Numbered from the whole stretch's first letter, positions 51,405 through 63,709 are shown. The stretch is 63,709 bases of DNA, filler included, from Octopus bimaculoides (GCF_001194135.2; 6 parts of 6 records of this genome joined end to end with filler, not necessarily neighbours in it), one strand, 5' to 3'. Notes: generated by a model from the sequence alone, not told the origin. Numbers and translations are program-made.

Positions 51405-51450
51405 GAAAAGTCTTTTACGTTTCGAGCTTACCCTCTTCGAAAGGAAGTAT
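51405..51450 (-). ncRNA. Diverged relative of the 190-bp element HHR motif
   Basis: Minus strand cctttcgaagagggtaagctcGAAACGTAaaagactttt vs tctttctgttgaagagcgtagctcGAAACGTCaaagactttc. Confidence 0.5.
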
Positions 51451-51698
51451 TAAGGCAAAAAAAAAAAAATCAGGAGAAAATGAGTTTTAAAAAAAACAGA
51501 AAAAGAAAGAAATGTGTACAGACAAACGGTTCAGCTCGATGAAATGGCCAGGATGGATGTATGGATGGATGGATAACTTAAAGTTCCTGTTGAATGAGTT
51601 GTATCCATGTTTAAATGGCTTATCTGGTACCCTTTCAAGAATTTTGTCCAGATTCCGTGTAAATGTATATATATGTGTGTATATATATATATATATAT

Positions 51699-51798
51699 NN
51701 NNNNNNNNNNNNNNNNNNNNNNNNNNNNNNNNNNNNNNNNNNTTAATTAATTAANNNNNNNNNNNNNNNNNNNNNNNNNNNNNNNNNNNNNNNNNNNN
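51699..51798. other. Artificial scaffold joint 5
   Basis: 44N + TTAATTAATTAA (51743-51754) + 44N. Confidence 0.98.
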
Positions 51799-52150
51799 CC
51801 CACCCCACCCCAACACACTCCTACTCTACCTTCCCACTCCACCCCATCCAATTCCTTACACCCCCACTACTCACATACCTCTACCTCTACCCCCACCCTC
51901 AGCCTAACCCACACTCCACCCATTTCTTCCCCACCTCCCAACACCCTCCCAACACCCTCACATCACACTACGCATACGCTACAACTGCTAAACTCCTTTC
52001 TCCCCTCCCCATTTTCACACATGCATACGTCAAGATCACCAGCGTTCTATCTCTCAGACACACAGCCCCTCGTTCTTCGATCACCGTTCTTTCTCCCCCT
52101 TTTCTTAGCTCTGCTGTGTAAAATTTCTAACTTCCGGTCAGTCATAGCTA

Positions 52151-52343
52151 TGATTGACCGTTGACCGAACACTATTCAATTTTTTTTCTCCGTGTTTTTC
52201 TCCTTGTCTCTGTATTATTTCTGTTGAAGAGCGTAGCTCGAAACGTTAAAGACTTTCCGTATTCCCGAGCGTCATACTAATACATCCTTTTGTTGTTTAC
52301 ACCACCTGTCCTCGTCTGTTGTTGTTTTTTCGTACATTCTCCC
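52151..52343 (+). mobile_element. ~190-bp pLTR-like element, copy 3 (HHR motif ~52216-52252, GUU site)
   Basis: Collinear with copies 1 and 2 with several substitutions; followed by (TA)n; preceded by a short inverted copy of its own 5' end. Confidence 0.85.
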
Positions 52344-52363
52344 ATATATATATATATATATAT

Positions 52364-52405
52364 AGGCGTGGTTGTGGGGTGAGAAGCTTGCTTCCCAACC
52401 ACACA
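52364..52405 (+). mobile_element. SINE family A head only
   Basis: aggcgtggttgtggggtgagaagcttgcttcccaaccacac. Confidence 0.6.
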
Positions 52406-53029
52406 CATTTACAAACGTACACACAGATAATCACTAGTTGGAAATGGTGTATAGTAGACATGTATGCATGCATGTACGTATGTATGCGTATATATGTATG
52501 ACTGTGTGTAGAAAAGCCATCTACCACTCTCTCCTTAAAGCTACATATTCCTCACACTCTCCTTTCTCTCCCTTCGTCGGCGTTTTAAAAGTTAGTTGTG
52601 TGTATGTGAGTGAGTGTTTCTATGTATTTACGAAAGTATGTTTGCAGTATTGCGTGTATTTGACAGCTGTATTAACATTAACACCCTATTACCACTCCAT
52701 GTTTGTCGCTTACAGAACGATATTCTCCCCTTCCCTTATATCAATCACACTCACTTTGCTACGCCGTTTCCCGCAAACTAATACTTTTTGCTCCCTTCTC
52801 ATTTCATCACACAATTCGCCCAACCCCTCTAGGGGACACATTATAGCTTTTTATTGAAATCCAATTAGCCTATTATTGAACTGAATGTTAGTGTTACATG
52901 TATGCAAATTTTGGTGAATATTGGTTCGCTAGTTTAGGGAGTAAGATGGTAACAAACAGAAACTGCTATTTATAGAGAAGATTTCGTTATTTGCATGCAG
53001 CTGGTTGCGCACAGAAGATATCATAGTTT

Positions 53030-54900
53030 GTAATGACAACCCAAGATTGAAACAGTTTGAAGATGATCTCTAGTCTATCGTGAGGGATGTAAAATTCCAC
53101 CGTTCACTCTTAAGGAATAAACACCTGAGGTATCTTCACAATATCACCAAAGAAATTCATAGCATGGATGGTATACTGATTCAATCGGATAAAACTGGTA
53201 ACTTGTACACACTTACCAAGGACTATTACCTAGAATTGCTTAAAAAGGAAAAACAAAAGAATTATAGGATTACCGGTAAAAAGCAGCCAGGAAGACCAAT
53301 CTTGAGGCTAAGAAAATAATGGAGAAATATGACATAGATGAAGACAGAACCCCTTACGACTTATTTGCTCTTCTAGCTCTGACACCGGTGTACTTAGTAA
53401 AACTATTCTAGACAAATATATTCCTACCTTATTAATTAAAATTAAAGCTTAATTTACGGTCTAATTCGTTCCAAGTCGTTGACTGGTTTAGTTCTATTAA
53501 TAACATGAAGTGCACTAAGTTTATCCAGTTTGATATTTTTAGTTTCCTTTCCTCTATCAACCCAATTGTACATAATAAGGCACTCTGGCTAGCTCACAAC
53601 AAAGCAGGTCTCACCAGGGATGGGATTAATGTCGTGTTGGCTGCCAGAAAATCTACTATTAAATTTGATAACAAGCTATGGGTCCGTAACAATACACCCA
53701 ACAGTTTTGATGTCACGATGGGAATTTCTGATTCAGCACAAATCACTGATTTGGTCGTATATACATCCTTTATGAGAACGCTGATCAATTCCCAAACATC
53801 AATGGAGGGCTATATCGTGATGATTGTCTACTCTACCTTCAAAATGCTTCTAACAAAAAAATACAAAAGGTTAAGAATAGCTTAGTTAAATTTTTCCGAA
53901 ACATGGGCTTAAGCATTGTTTTTAACGATGGTGTAACGAAAGCCAACTGTTTGTATATTACCCTTTACTTGCATAATGATTCGTACTTGCCATACCATAA
54001 ACCCTCAACTAATTTTAAATATATTAGCTATTTCAGTAAGCATACTAAGGCTATTACAAAGAATTTAGCTAGAAGCATTTCACTTAGACTTTCTAGATTA
54101 TCTGCTAATGTTGACATCTTCAACGATAAAGCTGAATTTTATAACTCTGCCTTACTTAAAGCAAGCTATAAAGCCAAAATTACCATTATTAACCCTATTG
54201 ACATTCATTCTACCTTTATTAATCAGGACATGAAATCAAGTTGTAACGATATTAACAATTTTGATTTTATTGCGAATAACAACACCGAATCGAGTAATGT
54301 ATTTCTGTAGCGTAAGGGAGATAACTGTTACTTAAGACCCTTTTTTTCAAGATACTATTAACTCACACAAAATAAGGATAGGATTTTCTAACACAAACAA
54401 TCTTTTACAAATCATCTCTCTGCATAATAATGAGTTGTTAAATACAAATCCACTTACTGAAAATACTAACATTAATTTTGTTAATACTAACCGTTCTTTA
54501 AATAATAGTTACAGCGGGGTTATTGTTTCTGAAGTGAACTCCAATCGCATTCGTTTTCTTAGCAGTAATTCTAAGATTAAAAACTCTATTTATCAATGTA
54601 AAATTACTTCCGGTTCTGACGTCTTTTTTAATATGGGTAGTTCTTCATCTCAGTTGTCCAAAAGAATATCTAATCATTACTCTACATTTAGGTATATAAA
54701 TAAACGTAACAATACAAGGCTTAGTAAATTAATTTGGTATCTAAATGATCATAATAATCAATTTAATTTGGAATTTACCGTATGATAATGGTAAACATTT
54801 CTGCTCACGAAATCTTTTATACTCTATTCTCAAAGAATCCCGTTGTATATACGTTTATAGAACGCGTTTATCGTTGCGAACATTGGCAGAAACCTTTAGT
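53030..54900 (+). mobile_element. Penelope-like element, most of the RT + GIY-YIG ORF, decayed (probably Hydra clade)
   Basis: LKQFEDDL..SDKTGNLY; QFDIFSFLSSI; SFDVTMGISDSAQITDLV; GLYRDDCL (53807-53830); GLSIVF..YLPYHKP..LRLSRLSANVDIFN; EN: IYQCKI..FNMGSSS..KRISNHYSTF..TRLSKLIWYL. Confidence 0.9.
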
Positions 54901-55240
54901 TCCTATTAGTGATTTCTACCATTCTATATAATTTGATCTTTGATTGTCTTCTTACATTTCACTTCCACTAAACATATCTAATTCCACGCTTTTAAGCTTT
55001 ATTCTAATTCACCTATCACTATATTTCTCCACTATTAGTTTTCTGCTAAATTCTTTTCTTCTCCTCCTCTTTCTATATGCTACCTTTGGCTTTATATCTA
55101 CTAACGGTTTAAAAAAAATACTTTATAGCGTTCCCTTCATTATTATATGCAGTCATCACATTCTGTTAAAATGTCTTATTAATGTATTTGGTTTCTTTCT
55201 TTCCCAGATGAGAAGATTGCATTGCTTTACACCATTTTAT

Positions 55241-55287
55241 TCTTTCTGGAATGATACCAATGTTGTCTTCGAAACATATGTCGGAAG
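55241..55287 (+). ncRNA. Degenerate hammerhead motif in the 3' region of the Hydra-like PLE
   Basis: ctttctggaatgataccaatgttgtcttcGAAAC-ATAT-GT-C-ggaag: palindromic helix III ACATATGT and GUC intact, CUGANGA decayed. Confidence 0.5.
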
Positions 55288-55349
55288 TAACAGAATTTGA
55301 ATAACACCTGCGTTTAATTCTATCTATNNNNNNNNNNATATATATGTAT

Positions 55350-55565
55350 ATATATATATGTGTGTGTGTGTGTCTATGTTTGTCCCCTCACCATTGGTTG
55401 ACAACCGATGCTGGTGTGTTTATGTTCCCGTAACTTAGTAATTCGGCAAACGAGAACGCATAGAATAAGTTCTGGAATCTATTTCTTCGTCTAAAACCCT
55501 TTAAGGCGGTGCTCCAGCATGACTGAAGTTACATGACTAATGAAATAAAAGAATAAAAGAATATA
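55350..55565 (+). mobile_element. SINE family A, 3' half followed by (AAT)n
   Basis: tttgtcccctcaccattggttgacaaccgatgctggtgtgtttatg..ggcggtgctccagcatgact..aaaagaataaaagaata. Confidence 0.88.
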
Positions 55566-55587
55566 TTATTATAATAACAACAACAAC

Positions 55588-55634
<47 letters not shown>

Positions 55635-56254
55635 GGATTATTACAAAGTAGCGTTAGCATTGCATTTAATTCATTTTTCTATGTAGATACAGCCTCAAAT
55701 AGACCTACATATGTTTCTACTGCATCGGTTAGTAACCGTTGCAATTGCAACCTTACTATGATACCGGTGCAGCTTCTTCAAGTTGTTCACTTTAAAATCC
55801 TTTGAAATTTAACTGGAGTTGTATATATAGGTGTGTGTGTGTATGTGTGTGTGTGCGCGCGTGTATCCAGCCTATACTAACCATTTAAAAAGATAATTCA
55901 GCAAGCTGTTGTACAGTTGTTTTAATAATATGTTAGAATGTGATCATCCCTTACAAAGAAATATAATACCTATTGATTCCTGAGTTTTGAATTATTCAAA
56001 CTGTCATGCACAGTTATAAAGGAACACGTCAATAAATTTAGTAATATACGAGAAAAATTTAAATAGCTATCATACCTAATTGTAAATATAGACATCAAGA
56101 AATTTTATTAGCAATTAGCAATATACATTTTAGTGGTGTTTGCCAACATTTTATATGAAAATTACGTATGACATTTATCTTATCAAAATGTCCTTAGTAA
56201 ATGTTTTTTATAAAACTATTTTAAGATCAACAATATTTAAAAAAATCGACCTAC

Positions 56255-56295
56255 CTCAAAAAGTTTTAAATTATCCGCTGGGCAAACATTGTCAT
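56255..56295 (-). CDS. Candidate 41-nt exon
   Basis: Acceptor ttatgttgttatgtttcag|A, donor GAG|gtaggt; only one frame open: DNVCPADNLKLFE. Confidence 0.35.
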
Positions 56296-57859
56296 CTGAA
56301 ACATAACAACATAAATGTTCTGCTATTTTGGTTACATTTTCACTCTCTATACTCCCATGCAACTTATATCAAACCTAAATAAATACATTTAACTTATTAA
56401 TGTTTTTCTTGTTTTATTTTTAATATGTAATGTATACGATTAATTTTGTGAACATGACTGTATTGAACAAGAAATAGCAACGTGAAGTTAATACTTTTGA
56501 GACTTAGAGTCATGCTTGTTTTGAAAACTAAAATAAATGATAAATATACTAGTTAATCCTCACACACTCACTGCTACAGCAAAAACAAAAAAATATTGAA
56601 ACGATAACATACGAAAATGATAATGTATTTTGAAACTGTGTTTTCTAGATTTGCTTTAAAAATATCGAAAAGGAAGCGATATGACATTAACGTTGTAGAA
56701 TGACTACGAACTAAATAAACGTTTACGAAGAATATTTTGAAGAACATAATTGCATAAACATTGAGATTATGAAGTAAAGAATTCAGACTCTTAATAGCCA
56801 CATAAGTAAACTACTGCACGACCCCACTCCTTTCCGTCCTTCTCATTCGATAATTATATAAAAAGAACTTTTCATTGAATACCCTATTGACATATTTTGC
56901 TTTTTCAAATTCATTTTTTCTGATCATTTCATCTCTCACATAAGAGAATGTCGAATCTCCGACACTCTCTCACATACGCATTCTGCCTCTCTCACTCATA
57001 CNNNNNNNNNNNNNNNNNNNNNNNNNNNNNNNNNNNNNNNNNNNNNNNNNNNNNNNNNNNNNNNNNNNNNNNNNNNNNNNNNNNNNNNNNNNNNNNNNNN
57101 NNNNNNNNNNNNNNNNNNNNNNNNNNNNNNNNNNNNNNNNNNNNNNNNNNNNNNNNNNNNNNNNNNNNNNNNNNNNNNNNNNNNNNNNNNNNNNNNNNNN
57201 NNNNNNNNNNNNNNNNNNNNNNNNNNNNNNNNNNNNNNNNNNNNNNNNNNNNNNNNNNNNNNTATATATATATATATATATATATATATGAATTTGTATG
57301 AGCCGCTTCTTGGGGTTTCTCGCCACCTACCTAGGTTATCAAACGATAGACATATTTTTAAATGATTTATCATATCTTTTGGATCTTATAATGTGAGATC
57401 TGCACCATTCTTGAAGTTTACCGGTTACACAGACGGATAGGAATAAGAGAAGGAACATTTTAGAATCTAATAATCTTTACGAGTCTGAATAAGTTGACAG
57501 TTCTGGTTAAAGTTGATTCAATACGAATACTTAACCGAACCTGTGTTCAGTTTATGAAGATTTTAGTAATCGTATGGAAAATAGGTAAAATTTAGGATGC
57601 ATACATTTTATCGTAGTTTTCCTTTTCATTCAAATTTCTTTTCATGAAAAAGAGTGCATTTGATATTGAGATCATTGTGTGTATTTTGTGAAATACAGGC
57701 ATAAGGATGAAAACGTGCGGACGTTCAACTTTGGATGAATACTAGATATGACAACGAAAATATATACAACTACAAACAGAAAATTGCAAAATGCAAAAAG
57801 GCAAAATTCATAATACAGAAAGGCATGAATCTAAAATCGCAAATCTAAGATTGTTATAG

Positions 57860-58026
57860 ATTTGCTTTAAAAAACTGGTCTACTGGGAATAACGAGTATT
57901 TTGAGATTGATAATTTAGTGTTAAGTATCGTAGAAAGAGATCCTGTGAGACTTTTGACTACAAGTTGCTTCCCGCTCTAACAGAATTAACCAGAGCAAGT
58001 AAAATCGAGAGCACTGAGAAGTAAAA
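57860..58026 (+). mobile_element. R4/Dong-type LINE extreme 3' end plus 3' UTR, with (AAT)n tail
   Basis: KTGLLGITSILRLII* (cf. QKTALLGTARILRKVL); UTR gaaagagatcctgtgagact..aaccagagcaag homologous to the reverse complement of 62893-63026. Confidence 0.7.
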
Positions 58027-58032
58027 TTGAAT

Positions 58033-58260
58033 AATAATAATAATCCTTCTACTCTAAGCACAAGGCCTGAAATTAGCGGGGAGAGGACTAGTCGATTACA
58101 TCGATCCAAGTGTTTTCACTGGTACTTAATTTATCATCCCCCAAAAGACGAAAGGCGAAGTCGACCCCGACGGAATCTGAACTCAGAATGTGAAAGACAG
58201 ATGAAATGTCGCTAAGCATTTTACTCGGTGTGCTAACGATTCTGCCAGCTCGCCACCTTC
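58033..58260 (-). mobile_element. SINE family C, full length, within an (AAT)n array
   Basis: Minus strand ggtggcgagctggcagaatcgttagcac..gagttcagattcc..ggggtcgact; tail ggattattatt. Confidence 0.92.
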
Positions 58261-58281
58261 ATAATAATAATAATAATAATA

Positions 58282-58496
58282 ATCCTTTCTATTATAGGCA
58301 CAAGGCCTGAAATTTAGGTGAGAGGGTTAGTCGATTACATCGACGCCAGTGCTTCACTGTGCTCAATTCATCAATCCCGAAAAGATAAAAGGCAAAGTCG
58401 ACCTTGGAGGAATTTCAACTCAGAACGTAGCGGCGGTCGAAATATCGCTAAGCATTTCGTCCAGAGTGCTAACGATTCTCCCAGCTCGCCGCCTCA
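58282..58496 (-). mobile_element. SINE family C, second tandem copy
   Basis: ggcggcgagctgggagaatcgttagcac..gagttgaaattcc..aaggtcgactttgcctttt. Confidence 0.92.
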
Positions 58497-58513
58497 TAAT
58501 AATAATAATAATG

Positions 58514-58589
<76 letters not shown>

Positions 58590-58673
58590 CAACAATAATA
58601 GTAATAGTAATGATATTTATAACGATGGTGATAAAGGCATCCAATATGGAAATACTCATATAATTTTTTTGCT

Positions 58674-58708
58674 GATTCTATGCACCAGACAGGCAGGTGC
58701 ATAGAATC
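58674..58708. other. Perfect 13-bp inverted repeat with 9-nt loop
   Basis: gattctatgcacc (58674-58686) / ggtgcatagaatc (58696-58708). Confidence 0.9.
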
Positions 58709-60139
58709 TGACATCTCGTAGGTGTTTTGTCATTGTAAACAGGGAACAGGCAAGAAAAGACATAAAAATAAGGAAGGCGTGAGGATTGCATAGAAAATTA
58801 ATAAACTATACAAATAATTATGTACGGAATGAGAGAAACAGTAATAGTGAACAGAACATTCATTATAAGGTACAAAAGAAATTATTTTGGGCAATCATTT
58901 AGCAATCTATTTAAAAGTTATTTGGTAATTAATTGTAAAGAAGGTTTGACAATTGGTTAAGCTTTGAAACATTAATGAGAAAATTTGTCAGACTGGAAGT
59001 TTCAGCGGTTGTTGATGAAGATGTAGATATTCTGAAAATAGAAATTTTTTGAAATATTAGTTATAAATAGATATACGGATGCCTAACTACGTAAGTAAAT
59101 GCACGGGTAACTCAATATGATATAAATTAAATATTAATAAAATAATATTGTGAAGATAATGAATTAATTATTACTGTGCGTAAAAATAGATGCACGGAAT
59201 GGACACGTAAGCGAAAACTGTAGGATGCGTATGTGCGCTACTTAAATTCGAAATATGTTATACAGGACATGGCATGCTGGTTATAATTTGAGCAGGATGC
59301 AGAGATTGTGTTGAGGGCATTAATGCAAACTTTGTTGTAGATTTTATACAGGTTAATGTGTACTAGTTCTATATGTGAAAATAAAGTTGTTTGTTTTTCT
59401 GGACGTGTGAAGATGCATATGATGTCGCTGTCGGTTAACTTTTAGGTGTGGTACCTGTAAGTTGTACTGTTACTATACTTCTTTGATGAGGTTTTTCTCT
59501 AGGACAAAGAGATCAGTTTATATCTTAAGTCCCTAGTGCTGTTGTGTGTGTATATAGTAAACATTCATCCATATATGTGCGCATNNNNNNNNNNNNNNNN
59601 NNNNNNNNNNNNNNNNNNNNNNNNNNNNNNNNNNNNNNNNNNNNNNNNNNNNNNNNNNNNNNNNNNNNNNNNNNNNNNNNNNNNNNNNNNNNNNNNNNNN
59701 NNNNNNNNNNNNNNNNNNNNNNNNNNNNNNNNNNNNNNNNNNNNNNNNNNNNNNNNNNNNNNNNNNNNNNNNNNNNNNNNNNNNNNNNNNNNNNNNNNNN
59801 NNNNNNNNNNNNNNNNNNNNNNNNNNNNNNNNNNNNNNNNNNNNNNNNNNNNNNNNNNNNNNNNNNNNNNNNNNNNNNNNNNNNNNNNNNNNNNNNNNAT
59901 ATCCAGTCGTATACTATATTTAGAAACCACCGTGATAACTTATTGCCCTTATTATTTGGCACTGCGCTTATCATACTCAACCTAAACTAAGAAAAACTAA
60001 ATGCTGAAAATATTGTCCAAGATAAAACCAAGAGATAGTTAACCATTTCCTTTTCATGGAAGTCCAAAGCCATCTGACAAAACCAAGAATTTGAGACTCT
60101 TGTCAGTACAGTGACGGTATTTAGCAATTATATCAGAAA

Positions 60140-61500
60140 GAAATCTAGTATTTCCAGGTGTAGGATTCTTGTAATGACAAAAACAAAAAAAGAAACATCA
60201 TAAAAGCGACAGAATAAATCTATAGAACGAGAAGATGCAGGAAACTGATACAGAAGATCAATAAAAATATCTGATGTCAAGGAAGCTAACAGTATAAAGG
60301 CTAGAGCAATAAAAGACAAAACCAGGAGAGAATATTTCCGACGGGTAAGAAAGATGTTAAAATTCAAACTCAGCGGCATAAGTACCAGCAGTGCAATAAA
60401 CTCGAGGGTATTCATTATGAAATGCAACACTGAAATAAAATGAACGAAAAAAGGTCTTAAGAAGGTAGATAGAACAATAAGTAAATTGATGAAGCTCTGC
60501 AGAGCCTTGTACTCACAGGTAGATACTAACAGATTGTATTTAAACAGAAATTATAAAAATGATGAAGAAAATGAATAAATGTAGAAGAATGTTTAGGAGT
60601 ACAGGTAGAAAGTTTAAGGAAATACGTTGTGGTGAAGTTATTTCGAAGCAGCGATAGCAGTCCAAAGAGAAGAAATAATATGTGAAGGAAGGGGAAAAAA
60701 TGATGACCTAGGAATTAGAAAGCAACGATGTGAGCAGAAAAGTTTACACAATATGTTTTCCAAAATAAGGAAGGATATCGAGATGAGAAGTCATTTCGAT
60801 GGATAGACAAAAGGTAGGCTGTGGATGGGTGAAAAATTACACAAAGTACTTGATCTTAGCTACCTAGAAGCAAGGAGTTAAAACGAAATACATCAGGCTG
60901 AATAACAGATATGCAAGGCACATCATCTGAATATTGAATGTGTATTGAGTGAGAAGAGACAGTTGCTCATGAAGTATCCTAATGTAAAATTTTGCTTAGA
61001 GGGTTTATCAGAACTAATAGACAACAGAATTGCTATAGTCATACATTAGTAAATTTATAAAATATTTGGATATTTAAACATGTGGAAAATGGTATCACCG
61101 TAAGGTAGAACACGGTCCTGAAAACGAGTACCGAAAGGCACTACGGAATATGAAGATAGACAAAGGAAACATTCATCCCTAGATAATCAATAATAGTCAA
61201 TAATAAAGAAAGTATATGTTGCTTAATCGATATTTTTTGTTTATATAATAATGGTAAACAAAAACCGTAAGTTAACAGAAAAATACCGAGAATTAAAATA
61301 CGAATTTCAGAGAATTTGGAACTTCAGAGAATTTGGATCAAATTAACTTTATTCCAGTTGTATTAGGAGCCTCTAGAACAGTTGCAAGAAGCTCGATGAT
61401 TCGTTGAATATGTTCAATAGTAAAATGAATTTTCTGATTCTACAAAAAACCTGTTTGCTTGGCACAGATAGAATTATAAGGCACTACCTACCTAAAATTG
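60140..61500 (+). mobile_element. R4/Dong-type RLE LINE, decayed 3' ~1.4 kb
   Basis: REYFRRVRKMLKFKLSG..KKVDRTISKLMKLCRALYSQVDTNRLYLNR; zinc-knuckle remnant (..EETVAH..); EKYRELKYEFQRIW..IPVVLGA..LQKTCLLGTDRIIRHYL. Confidence 0.85.
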
Positions 61501-61889
61501 CAGAATGTTGCTTGATATCTAGCAATTCATTATCGGCAGAATAACAAACGAAATGACAAAAGAAACAACACCAACAACTGCTACTACTTGTAATTGTAGC
61601 AGTTCGATAACCGTCGATTTGCTGGCAGCAAAATGGTAACATTTTAAAGTGTTACCTTTAATTTAAAAAATTGTTCAGTTTAATTTTAAAGTTTTTGAGA
61701 GAATTAAAAATTTATCGACTTTATACCTACTTTCATTTTCCAAAAAAATAGAATTTGTATTAGACACTTTTAATTCGGCAAATAATTGAAATGGAGATTA
61801 TCATAAACAATGCTAAATGAAAATCATTTATCTAAAAATATTTATTTCATATTCTGCAAACATGGTGTATACATTCTATGTATATATTC

Positions 61890-62070
61890 TTCAGAAACGT
61901 TAGCATGCCGGGCGAAATGCTTAGCGGTATTTTGTCTGTCTTCACGTTCTGAGTTCAAATTCCGCCGAGGGGTCGATAAATTAAGTACCAGTTGCGTACT
62001 GGTGTCGATCTAATCGACAGGCCCCCTCTCCCAAAATTTGGGCCTTGTACCTAGAATAGAAAAGAATATT
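61890..62070 (+). mobile_element. SINE family C, 5'-clipped with a short internal deletion
   Basis: cagaaacgttagcatgccgggcgaaatgcttagcgg..gagttcaaattccgccgagg^ggtcgataaattaagtacc. Confidence 0.9.
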
Positions 62071-62749
62071 TACGTTTACTTAGATGACTTCTCCATAAAC
62101 AACATTCCTAGTGAAGCTTCCATTTTTAACACTATGAAGTGTCTTTCTGGCTAATTCGAAAGAAACTTAGCTGCTAATTTCAGAAGATCGAATAAATACA
62201 TGAAAGTTCTCCCATTTGTGAACATGTGTGTGATATGTTAGGAATATTTTTTATAAACGATGAATGTCAAAGGAACATTTTTTATTATGATTCTGTCTAC
62301 TATATCAACGTAACATTTCAGTGAAATATTTTAACCAAACATGATAAGGAATGTTTTCAAGATATTAACAAAAAAAAAAAAAAAAAAAAAAAACATTCAT
62401 AATTGTTGTATATTCACAAATACTTAAGTTGAAAATAATATATTTATTTTCCAAACAACAGAATTGACAATTTTACTGATAGTAAGTTTCTGTAAAATAT
62501 CCAGTTCCAAGTGGTAGAAAGAACTGCAATCGATAAATCGAAATAAGAATCAACTGCTCAACTGATTGAAAGTTTTAGTAAATCCGTTGCATTTTACATG
62601 ACTTTTTCTTCGATGCTCGTCGTCTTTATCCTATTTTTTCTTTCTTTCATCATACAGTCAATTGTTGATTTAAGGCTGAAATATTCAAGACCACTTTTGT
62701 CGTGGCATGTGAGAGAAAAATAAACTTTGGCCAAAAATAAAACACAGAC

Positions 62750-62839
62750 CTTAAATTTTCCTTCGGCTGCATATGCTAATTCAATGAATAAATTGAATAC
62801 ATTCACTGTTTCTATTTCGTCTCTCCACAATATCTTGAT
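62750..62839 (-). CDS. Candidate 90-nt symmetric (phase 0-0) exon
   Basis: Acceptor cacgctattctcag|A, donor AAG|gtctgt; IKILWRDEIETVNVFNLFIELAYAAEGKFK. Confidence 0.35.
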
Positions 62840-62892
62840 CTGAGAATAGCGTGCGACTCAGAGAAAAACAGCTGTTATTATTAATATTATCA

Positions 62893-63026
62893 TTTTAGTC
62901 CCCAGAGCTCTCTGTCTTGCTTGCTCTGGTTGATTCTGTGAGAACAGACAGAAACTTATCAGAAGTAGTCTCAGAGGGTCTCTTTCCACAAATTCTAAGT
63001 TTTGGTACCTGGATATTATCTGGATG
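62893..63026 (-). mobile_element. R4/Dong-type 3' UTR fragment, same family as 57860-58026
   Basis: Reverse complement gtggaaagagaccctctgagact..aatcaaccagagcaagcaagacagagagctctgggg then aat repeats. Confidence 0.65.
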
Positions 63027-63060
63027 TTATTATTATTATTATTATTAATATTATTATCAC

Positions 63061-63709
<649 letters not shown>

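Overview
This is eukaryotic, AT-rich, microsatellite-saturated animal DNA. The SINE families look like those of an octopus (inferred from recalled repeat sequences, no search run). The window is not one locus: five identical 100-bp artificial joints (44 N + TTAATTAATTAA + 44 N) split it into six unrelated scaffolds (1-25718, 25819-29719, 29820-33601, 33702-38205, 38306-51698, 51799-end). Almost every ORF in the track is a translated microsatellite or N gap. Supportable content: about 25 copies or fragments of tRNA-derived SINEs (3-4 families), one internally deleted mariner with TIRs and TA duplication, RTE LINE fragments, and several R4/Dong-type RLE LINE fragments embedded in (TAA)n arrays. 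There are also four Penelope-like element (PLE) fragments, two of them probably Hydra-clade, and a few unidentified candidate exons. The most interesting signal is a set of type-I hammerhead ribozyme (HHR) motifs from at least four sequence families. It includes an essentially intact HHR at 38860-38915 (-) and a young ~190-bp solo pLTR-like element (three copies, two forming a ~98% identical inverted pair) whose minimal HHR carries a fixed CUGUUGA core variant. No rRNA, true tRNA gene, CRISPR array or complete protein-coding gene is visible.
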